This document shows positions 29,916-41,850 of a DNA stretch of 64,000 nucleotides, piece by piece (position 1 is the stretch's first letter; the number at the start of each line of letters is the position of its first letter). The translations under genes and the position numbers were made by a program. Source of the stretch: Octopus sinensis (Eukaryota); assembly GCF_006345805.1 (NCBI RefSeq), contig NC_043020.1:17236001-17300000 (forward strand), in the 5' to 3' direction. A model generated the notes under the pieces. That model did no database searches. It was given only the letters and a program-made list of their open reading frames with translations, and was not told where the DNA came from.

Positions 29916-30135
29916 AATGTAGTAAGATCTTGAATTTATGAATCAAAAAAATATTACCTTCAACTTTACTTCATTCTGTCTCGACATCTGATTAATATTT
30001 CATAAATAATTTCATCAAATAAAAACAAGAAACCCATATCTAGTATATATAAATCATATGTCTATAAGTATATATGTACACACACACACACCATATAAAT
30101 CAATGGCTGACTCACCAAAATGGTAATGTGAAACT

Positions 30136-30197
<62 letters not shown>

Positions 30198-31238
30198 AGA
30201 GAGAGTGTTAGGCTTACTTCCTGACCATGTCATCTTGGGTTCAGTCCCACTGCACAGCATCTTGGGCAAGTGTCTTCTACTATGGCTCCAGGCTGATGAA
30301 AGCTTTGTGAGTGGGTTCGGTTTTATATATATGTGTGTGTACGAGTGAGTGGACAAATGAAAGAGAAAGTCACTCGACACATTTAGTAGTTGTTACATGT
30401 ATTATTATTTAAAACAGTTTGATTCGACTCCATGAGAATTAAAGTTTCACATGCTTCTGACAGGAGCCCGTCTCTTTCAATTACCAAATCAGTAATCTAA
30501 AGCCTGAAAGAGATGAGCTTCCGTCAGAGGCCTGTGAAACTTTAAGTCGTATAGAACTGAATCAAACTGTTTTGAATAATATATGTTATGTGTGTGTTTG
30601 TGTTTGCCCCCCACTATCCATTAACAATTTGTGTTGCTTTGTTTACATCGTTTGTAACTTAGCAGTTTGGCAGAAAGTGATTGATAGAATAAATACTGGG
30701 GTTGATTTATTCATCTAAACCCTTCGAGGAGGTGTCCCAGCATAGTTGAATCTACAGTGTATATTGGATTGGGTACCAGTGTGTATATGTATCAGTCCAT
30801 GTGTACGTTTTATATATACAGGCTGGGTCAAAAGTCATGCACCAAAACATTTCACATTTTGTTTATATTATGTTGTTATTATTATTACTTCTACCTTAGC
30901 GAAGGCAGAGGTATTGTTTACAGTCATGTTTGTTTGTTTGTCCCTGGACAAGATATCTTAAGAACTGCTGGAGGGATATGGATGAGACTTTCAGGGATGT
31001 TTGACCTTGTGACTGGTACGAACTGATAAGATTTTGAGATTGATCTGGTACCGAACAAGGATTCTGGATTATTTTTCATGCTTTTTTACTTAAGTATTAA
31101 GAGTGGTCGGGTTCATTTTTAGTATTCTCATTTGTGAGAGCAGTTGAGCTTAAAAACCTTCGAACCTTCGGATAATTATTGAGAGGACATTGGTGTTGCC
31201 TTGGTGGAGGTTTGTCTTCTTCTTCTTCTTCTTCTTCT

Positions 31239-31285
<47 letters not shown>

Positions 31286-33676
31286 TTCTTTCTTCTTTCT
31301 TCTTTCTTCTTCTTTCTTCTTCAAGTACATGTGTATTCATCATTATCTTAGTGTATTGCCACTTTTGGTGCATGACATTTGACCCACCCCATATATATAT
31401 ATATGTACTGTAAGCTCAATACTAGATGCCCAGCCAATTGTGACACTGTAAATGGTGATATACCCAGATTCTAATAAATCCTGCAACTGATCTACACACA
31501 CAAATAAAGTGAGAGTTTGTGGCAGCTTTATCTCTTATCCAAGAATTTAGTTTCTTCTTTGCTTCCTTTATAGTGATGGTGTTGATGACTAAGTCGAGCA
31601 ATTCTTGCACAGAAGAGTCATTGGTATCGATTGCATGGTAATGTTGGTGAAGGATGCAGTTGATTTTGTTGAACCTTTTTGTCCTGTCATTTGATTTCTT
31701 CCTTTTATCTCCTGGGCTTGTGTTTCAGATGATTTAGGCTCAAGTCCAGTGGCTTTGAGTATTGTTTTGAATTGGTTCTTCTATCAAATGGAGAGCGGGA
31801 TGTGTAGTAGCAACTGTGTAACTTGTACATATTAAGACAATTTGATACAGTGATATAATTAACATCTAGTTATCTATAGATTTATTCCACAGAATATCAC
31901 AGCATGTTGAAAGAATAGTGAAAAGTCAGAAATACAGTTGTTACTCAGTTTCTTGAAAAACTGTATTCTATTTGTTTTCCTCTTTAACTACATACATTCT
32001 CTCTCTCTCTCTCTCATCCACACACAATTTATAATCTTACTTTATATTTAGGATTGTTTAAGCTTAAGTTTTAGTTTTTATTTAAAAATGTTTATTCTTT
32101 GGTGGCCATTCTTTGTGGGAATGATGTTGGCTTTTAGTCCATCTTATTTTTACTCAATTTTGTCATTAATCAGTTTTGGCTTTAGTCAATGTTGGCATCA
32201 GTCAAATATTACTTTAGCCAGTCTTGCCTTTTGTCAAGTGTCTTTAATCAGTGTTTTAAGTTTAAAAACAAAAACAAAAGAAAAAAACAAAATTCTTGAA
32301 ACTATGGAAAGTCCATAGTTGTTTGTTTTGTTCATTGGGATTGAAATATGGAAATATTTGTTGCTGATTTCATTTTTTTTTCTTTTTCTTTTTTTTTTCG
32401 CTCTGACTCTTCATTTTGAACTACAAAAGAAAATATTCTGAAGAAACTAGTGAAAAATCTGTGTCAGCAGCATATAATAGTTATTTTTTTTTTAGTGTTT
32501 TATGTTTTACTTGTTTCAGCCATTGGACTGCAACCATGCTGGAGCACTACATTGTATCCAAAGAGCATTTGAGGCACATAATGTTTTATGAGTATAAAAA
32601 AAGGAAACTCTGCAGCTGAAGTGACTCAAAACATACTCTCAGTTTATGGGAAAGAATACTTGAATGAAAGAACTTGCAGAAGATGGTTTGCAAAATTTAG
32701 AAGTGGAGATTTCAGCCTTGAAGATGAAGATTGAACAGGATGTCCAGTTGAGTTTGATGATAAGCTCCTTGAAGGATTACTTGAAAATTCTACATTATCA
32801 GTTGAAGAATTGGCAATAAAGCTTAGTTCAAACCATACAACTGTTCATCGTCATCTTTAACAACTTGTAAAGGTTCCTAAACTTGGAAAATGGGTGGCTC
32901 ATGAATTGTCCGAAAGTAACCGCAAATTCCAAGTTGACATCTGCTCTTCTCTCCAATCTTGCAAACTCATTTCACCCTTTTTGGATAGACTTGTGACTGG
33001 TGATGAAAAATGGATCTTCTGTCGAAATATTAAGCGTCATGAACTGTGGCTTTGTAAAAGGGGAAAAGCTCAACTGCAACTGAGAAGGGAACTTTATGGG
33101 AAAAGGTTCTTCTCTCTATCTGGTGGGATTGCAAAGGAGTAATTCGCTTTGAATTATTACCACGTAATGCAACAATCAACGCTCAAGTCTGCTGTCAGCA
33201 ATTAGAGTGTTTGAACCAAGCTTTGAAGAAAAAAGACCCGCTTTAGTAAATCGAAAAGGAGTAATGTTTCATCAGGACAATGCGTGACCCCACACTGCAA
33301 AGATCCCATCGCAGAAGATCGAAGAGCTTGGTTGGGAAAAAATTCCTCATCCACCTTATTTTCCCAACCTTGCTCCTTCAGACAACCAATTGTTTCATAG
33401 TTTACAGAATCATTTGGGGGACATAACTTTCGCAAGCCAGGAAGGGGTCGAAACTGACATTTCAGAATTCTTCGCTTTGAAACCAAAAGAATTTTACATT
33501 GATGGGATTAAAAAGCTTGTAAATAGATGGAAGGAAGTCATAGATAATCAGGGAAAGTACATTGATGATTAAATTTCAATTAAATATATCATTTGATCAC
33601 TTGTTTTCTTTATTCAAAATTTGGATAGAACTTATGGGATAACCTGTTATAAATGTATATATAAATAAATATATAT

Positions 33677-33725
<49 letters not shown>

Positions 33726-33757
33726 TGTGTGTGTATGTGTATATATATAGATATGTA

Positions 33758-33823
<66 letters not shown>

Positions 33824-34180
33824 CATACACTGTGACTAGTGAAATGCGGATTTATGTCTGCAGGCCTTGAGAATGAAATATTGCTTTGCTAAAAACTGAC
33901 AATTCTAAGTTCAGGCTCTATGAGTTATTTCCCTTGGGTGTTTAAATAAATTATATTAGTTATATGTAGTGGATATAAGGATCCCTGCCAGGGTCCTGTA
34001 ATTGATTTTTTTCAACAATCTAAGTATATCAAACATGAGTTCTACTCATATGTCAAGTTTCATCAAAATCAATAAAACGATGTAGGGGAGTTAGCTAACA
34101 ACTCCACAAACAAATACACAAATAGACAGAATCTCCCACTAATGTAGTAGACATATATATATGAGTACATATGTATACAC

Positions 34181-34232
<52 letters not shown>

Positions 34233-34737
34233 TAATAATAAAATATTAAGGAATAAATCCAAACTTACAGGGAAAAATCAGATTTAGGATTAAATTCAAT
34301 TTTATTGTATAAATATATTATATTATATTATATAAATTAGAGATAAAACCACTATTAGGCAAATCAAACAACGAAGAACATAAGCCAATACATAAAATTA
34401 ATTTAATTTATATTATTTTAAATATATATCAAAAGTATTAAAAGTTTAATAACGCCAAACACTCCGAATGAAGTCTTAAAGGTTTAAACCTTTAAGACTT
34501 CATTCATACATTTACATATGTGCCAGTGGCACGTAAAAAAAACCCACTACACTCTCGGAGTGTTTGGCATTAGGAAGGGCATCCAGCTGTAGAAATTCTG
34601 CCAGGTCAAGATTGGAGCCTGGTGCAGCCATCTGGTTCGCCAGCCCTCAGTCAAAATCGTCCAACCCATGCTAGCATGGAAAGCGGACATTAAACAATGA
34701 TGATGATGATATGTATGTATATATATATGTATGTATG

Positions 34738-34802
<65 letters not shown>

Positions 34803-34931
34803 GTATGTATATATGTAAATATATATGTATGTATATATATGTATGTATGTAAATATATGTATATATATATATATATGTATGTATAAATATATATATGTAT
34901 GTATATTTGTATGCATACATACATATGTATG

Positions 34932-34962
<31 letters not shown>

Positions 34963-35863
34963 ATATGCATACATATGTATGTATATATGCATACATATGT
35001 ATGTATATATATATATATATATATGTATGTATATATGCATACATATGTATGTATATATGCATACATATGTATGTATATATATATATATATGTATGTATAT
35101 ATGCATATATATGTATTTATCTATGTATATATATATCTCTCTATATATAAACGGCAGTTTGTCTGTGCGTGTTTCTGTGTGTCTGTTTGCTTGTACCCTC
35201 ACCCTGACCACAGCTTTCAACCGATTCTGATGAAACTTGACACACACATAGCCCATGTCATAATTCAAAACTAACGCAGCGAAAATTTTGAAAAGTTCCC
35301 CCAGTTCTGAAAAAATCGATAAATTCGACATGGGGTCGAGAATCAGAAACACAAACCGGATAATTTACCATCATTTTTTTCCATTTTTTTGCTATAACTC
35401 TCTAAAAATGCTTTATAGTTATTTCCCTTACAAACCTGAGCAACGCCGGGCGATACTGCTAGTATATGTATATATGCATGTATATGTATGTATATGTATA
35501 TATGCATGTATATGTATTTATGTATGTGTATGTATATATGTGTGTGTGTATATATATATATACATACATACATACATATAATTCATCCTTAGTTGAAAGA
35601 CACCTGTTGTTATGTCCTGTTACTTGTATTTGTATAACATTCTCCGTTATTTTCCGTCCTTGTTTTCGTATACATTCACTGCTTTCTTCCAAGGAATCTA
35701 ATGCTCTTAGCTTAGTTTTTCCTTGGGGCTGGCCAGATTGGAGCAATCTCAAGTATAACCATCCGAAATTGCAATTGTGTGTATATGTATGTATATATAA
35801 ATATATATATGTGTATATGTATGTATGTATAGATACATATATATATGTGTGTGTATTTGTATG

Positions 35864-35894
<31 letters not shown>

Positions 35895-35897
35895 ATG

Positions 35898-35954
<57 letters not shown>

Positions 35955-38900
35955 AAGGGTATAATTAATTAATAATTAATAATTTTACTAAGTAGTTTGG
36001 TATGTTAAAAGAACCACTATTGGTAAACTTATACAAAAATTCTATAATTATGAGTATAATTATAATTATACCGAAATTTAGAAATAGCAGTTAAAACTAC
36101 TATTTTTCATTACCAAAAGAAAGTCTCCCAGACATCAATACTCAACAACTCATGCAGGTAAAGAGAAGAAAATAGCGAATCCACCCAGCTTTGATTAACT
36201 GCATACGCGTTTCAGAGTTAGAGAGATGTGAAAAATGTAAAAATCATATTTCTACTCTCCCATTCTCCTCTTCAGTACAGTAATTCAAGATTTTAAATTT
36301 GAGAGCACTGCAAAAAATTAAACATACTTATCTGACATATATATATATATATATATCACTGTGACCGACCAGGCTATCAGATGTTGCTACACATCGCTGG
36401 TCTCAATGCGCTTCGCATTGTTTTAGCCTTCAAATGATGCCATCCCGCTGGCTAAGCAAGCAAGCCAACTGAAGAAAGGGTGACAGAAAGTTGTGGCGAA
36501 AGAGTACAGCAGGAATCTCCCCTCACCCCCACCCCGGCTGGAGCCTTATGGAGCTTTCGGTGTTTTCGCGCAATAAACATTCACAACACCCTATCATTCA
36601 CAACGACCGCGAGTCCACTGCCCTAACCACTGGGCCATTGTGCCTCCACACACACACACAAATACACACACACACACACACACAGATAGATATTGGTCAA
36701 GCCAGTTTAATCAATCCCTCAGTATTAGTGGATTGAGAAGCAGTATTTCTGTGGTCAGTTACAGAAGGTTTTTGTTGCTAATTAAGTCCCAAATACAGGA
36801 TTGAAAATAGTCAGGCTGATTCCTTTGCCTTTCTATAGAGACATAGTATATAAAAGACAGTGTTTATGTCTATGAGATAGCTTTAATATGTATAAACATG
36901 CTGTCTGTAAAACACAGTTGGTATGTAGCATTAAAAGAAAACACTGTTAACCCATCAGTAATTTGTTACTACAGTGTGTGAATATATATATGTGTGTGTG
37001 TCTGTGTTTGTACACTCTTTCATTGGCAGTTACAGTAGCTCTACAACTGAAGCAGTATGTCTTGAACTAACCACACCCCTTAACCCTTTCTCTACCGTAT
37101 TTATTGTTGAAATAATGAAGAATTTCGTAAAGTAACTTTGTCCTTATCACATTGGCGTTTGGAGCATAAACCAATATGAAATTTTGATGGAAGATTTTAA
37201 TTTAGATTACGTGAACCTTTTAACATTGAGATTACTCAAATGTAATGCTTATTTATTCCCATCGTTTTGAATGCATGAACTTGTAGCTTTGGCATTTCTA
37301 TGATGTGATTGTTTATGTTTAGAATGACATTGTAGGGTAGGTGTGAGAGGCTGAATCTGGTAGGTTTGAACATAAAACATTTAGAATATTTGGGTGTATG
37401 GCTAGTTTAACCCTTTGGCATCCAGATTACTCTGTTAAATGTAATGCTTATTTATGCTCAATGTTTTGAATTAATTATGCATTATCTTGTACCTTGAAGA
37501 TTTTAATGATTTGATTGTTTAGTTTTAGAATGACATTGTACAGCAGGTGTGAGAAGCTAGATCTGGTTGCTTTAACCCTTTCATTACCGTATTTATTTTG
37601 AGCTGCTCAGTGTTTCTCTGAATTATTTTTAGATATAGCAAAGAATTTAGTAAAATAACTTAGTTATCATTCAGCTAGTGTTAGGAACATAAATTATGAC
37701 TAAGGTTTGGTGAAAGATTTTAATTCAAAACTTATGAAAACAAGACATTTATACTACAGAGCCAGAGGCGGTTTCAGCCGGGTTGGTTACGAAAGGGTTA
37801 AACATAAAGCAGGTAGAATATTTGGGTTTGATATGGTTGGTTTAAATGCTAAAGGATAAAACGAGAAGCTTATATCATTGAACGAGGGGTGGTTTCCAGT
37901 GATCTGGTGTTAAAAGAGTTAATCTTATCTTTTTGCTTTGCACTTATATTTCCTCATAAAAGTTTACATTAACCATTTTTGTATTTTCTATATTGTAACT
38001 CCATTTTCTGATTTTTTTTTTGTTTTTTTTTTTTCCTTTTAGACCTTTTTCCCTCAAAAATTTTATGAAAATTCTTTTTTGTTTTTCACTCACCATTCTT
38101 GTCTTTTTCTCTTTTCTTGCATTTATTCATTTATTTAATAATTTATCCAAATTCTTCTAAATTACTTTGGAATAACTTGATTTCCATGAATACTAACATG
38201 CTTATTGCTTTTTTCTTTTCTTTTTTCTCCTTCTTCTTCTCCTTCCAGAACGGCTTCACCACTCTTCCTTATGCTGAAAAACAACTTGTTAGTGAAGTGT
38301 CTGTTTTGCTCAACCACAACAAACAGTTGTTAACCCGAGTGGACCAGTTGGAAGTGGAGGTTCAGGAGTTGGAGAAGAGACATGGGGACATTGTCTCACT
38401 GCAGCTGCAAGACTCAGCACTTGCTCATAGTGGAACACCGACAGTTGACTCTGCCGACCACAAAGAAGAACGTGAGCAGCAAGAGAAAGTGGACGTCAAA
38501 TCTCATCCCGTCAACGCCATGGCTGTGGACAACAGCAACAAACCACTCGACAAATCTGCTAAAAGCTCTAAAACAACAAAGGAAGAGGAAAAGAGCGAGA
38601 AAGAAGAGGAGGAGGAGGAAGATGATGATGATGAGGAGGAAGACGATGACGACGATGACAATGAGGAACCGATTGAGAAAACTGTGAAGAGTCAAGTGTT
38701 CAAGCCTGAGAACGGCAATAAAAAATCGGTTGTGTGCAAAACGGAGGAGACTCGAACAAGACAAGAGAATTTGTCCTCTCAGTCACATGATCATAAATCT
38801 TCAGAAGATTCCAGAGAAACTTCTTCATCATCTTTGTCATCGTCACATTCTTCATATAAACAAAACGGGAACCGTGAGCCAGTTACTATTTCAGTCTCAA

Positions 38901-41294
38901 AGTCATCTTACAAATCAAATTCTCATCATTCACCTGACTACAAGGACAAACATAGTAGCAGTTCCCATAAAAGCTCAAGTGAGTCGAAAGAGAAGAAAGC
39001 CGTTTCCAGTGCCAATCGCATCCGAAATGGTGTGGTGAGTGATGCCGTGAAACACAGTAGTCAAGTAATGTCCAGCAAGAGTAGTTTCTCAGAACATAAG
39101 GTTGCCTTTACTAATGCAAAATCTCCATTGAAACTTCGCATAACCAGCAAATGTTTGGACAGTAGTGGAGACAAGATCGGACCACCTACGTACGTTATCA
39201 CACCTGTGTCTGAATCTCACCATCGACATTCTCCTGTTAGCCGTCCTAGCAGTCGTAGCAGTTCAGAGTCTGCCAGCACCAACAGTGATGAAACTCATCA
39301 GAATCCTTGCACGCTTAAGATCAGCTCTGCTGTGCTCAACAGACAGAACAGCTCAAAGAACTCTGAGTATACAAAACTGAATTCTCCTCAGTCGAGTTCC
39401 ACGTCTGAATCGAGGTACAGCCCATTCTCTGAATATTCTTCAGGGACATCTAGTAAGAGTTCCAAGAGCTACTGCTGCAAAAGATCGATCCAGTCAATGG
39501 GTGGAACTAAGATTTCAATCTTGAAGACGTCGACACGGGAGTGTGACTTTCAGGTGTCTCCTTCCTCCACGGGTGGTGCTTATTCACACTCGACATCAAC
39601 GCGTGAGTGTGACTTCCAAGTATCGCCTTCCTCTGCTGGTGGTGCTTACTCACATTCGACTTTGACGCGGGAGTGTGACTTTCAAGTTTCTCCATCCTCT
39701 GCAGGCGCCGCTTACTCACATTCACACTCTCATTCACACTCACACTCACATTCACACTCGAGTTCAGAGAAACGCAAGGAGAAGAAAAAGCATTCATCTG
39801 GTAAATCTCATCACAGTAGCCACAAACATTCTCATTTCAGCGAATCAAAACAGTCCAGTAGTGATAACCTGAAGAATGAGTGTGAACCTTTCCCCACGAC
39901 CACCACCGCTGCTGTTACTCTGCCATCAATTACCACTCAGCCTCATGCAGTATCTTCAGATTCTTCAAGTCAGTCTGCCCACAGAGACTTCAGTCCGCAT
40001 AGGTCTGGCTCTGTCAGTTCAAGTGGAGGTTAGTATTTTCCATCATTTGTTTTTAACTACACTGTGTAACACAATTTTTGCCCTTGGGTAGCAACTTTTA
40101 TTTCCTATTTGCTTGCTGCTAGAAAGTATGAAAAATGGTTAATATTTCCTTCAAACTTTGCTTTTGTGACATTTATTCAAACCCCAAAGAATCCCTCTCA
40201 GCACATGGCTATGATGCTTCCCTCCATTATTCCTGCTCACGATCAGAGATGCACATATTGTCAACCACCGAGGGATATACTCAAGTGGTTAAGGTCAAGC
40301 ATGTGACAAGCAAATCTGTGGTATTGAGCAGAATATTTGCTATAACAATATTTCTGCTTCAGCAACTCAGCACTGCATCTGTCTGAAATGTAATGGAAAA
40401 TAGGTCAGTTTCAAAACATTCATGTCTGAATCAGAAAAGCAGAGTTTGATGGGAATGGTAGTGATTTCCTTTGATTTCTAGATAGAAGCAAATAGGAAAC
40501 AGCACTTACTGACCAAAGACAAAAAAATTGAAATCTTGTTACACAGTGTTATTTTATTTAATGTAGTTTTAATTAAGATAAACTGATTGATTTGTGTTGT
40601 TGTTGTTGGGGATGGGGGCATATGTATTTGTTGTACTCATATCTCCCCACCCCCTTCCACTGACAACTTTGTCTTGGAGGATGTGATTTGGTAGAGGTTA
40701 ACACAGTATTCATGGCATCACAGATTTCATAGGTACCTCTCACACTGGCTACAAAAGATTTTCAACCAAACGCATGCCATCTTCAAATAGTCATCCTTTT
40801 GCTGTTTCCTTTCTTTAAACTGATGTCAACAATATTGTTTACATTGAAATCTTAGTAGTTAATTCATACCCTGGTAGAATGTGTGCCATGTCTCCAGATG
40901 TGGGTTTGAGTCTCACAGGCTGGTTTTGATGTTTTCTATCCAATAGGTTTTTTTCATCCCAATATTTAAAAGAAAGAACAAAGCCCCCTCCTGAGTCATA
41001 TGGACGGACCCCTAGGGTTGATTTCCTGGTTTTCATGACATATATATTCCCCACCTGGATGGATTGCCAAATTATTCAGCTGAGTGAGGTGGAGCAACTT
41101 GAAATTAAGTGTTTTGTTCAAGGACACATGTTGCCCAGTCTTGAAATCTTACGATCATGAGCCCAACACCTTAACCACTTGGCCATGGGCATCTGCTCAG
41201 CCCAATATTTACATGCTATTATTTATAGCTGTTTGTGATGTGCCTCTTCAAGAACCACTTTTCGAAAAAAAAAAAGAAAAAAAGATATATATGT

Positions 41295-41328
<34 letters not shown>

Positions 41329-41497
41329 TTTTAAGAAGGTTTTGCTCTTCATGGTGCTTCATGGTTCCTTGTCTTTCCTGATGAGATGGCGGCATAATGC
41401 ACCCTTTATTCCTTCGGAATTAGGAATATGCAGCCTTCGAAACATGTGTCGAGAGTAAAGGAATTTTGTTAAAATCGTCGTTCGACTCCATTCTTTC

Positions 41498-41542
<45 letters not shown>

Positions 41543-41799
41543 AAGCAAAGCTAGAAATCCAGGATCTTGAATTATCCAGTAATATCTTTTTGCTAGTTTA
41601 TTTTGTCTCTCTGTCTTATCTCATGGCGCGATATGAACATTTTAGGTGGTTTTTAGAGTGAGGGTTTGACTGCTATTTCGGCATGGTGGTGTCTCTCAAA
41701 TAACCTTATTTATAGTTGTGAAAATTATTACCTTTGTATGGTATTTATTCCCATGCTGGCCACTTGATAATATCGATATTTAAATATCAATATTATCCT

Positions 41800-41850
<51 letters not shown>

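Noticed and set aside
31097-31413. Poly-E, poly-R, poly-S and poly-L ORFs
   Set aside because: They arise from the (CTT)n microsatellite.
31430-31800. Possible decayed coding sequence on the minus strand ([20 protein letters not shown])
   Set aside because: Multiple stops and no family identified; probably an old retroelement fragment.
38099-38248. Start of the 644-aa ORF (MSFSLFL...), and likewise 43275-43314
   Set aside because: The open frame extends into the intronic polypyrimidine tract; true exon starts are at 38249 and 43315.
41655-41750. GAAAUAGCAGUC half-hammerhead on - (and a similar decayed fold at about 42765-42810)
   Set aside because: No CUGANGA core (or no GAAA) in the right place; counted only as possible relics of the (TA)n-associated units.
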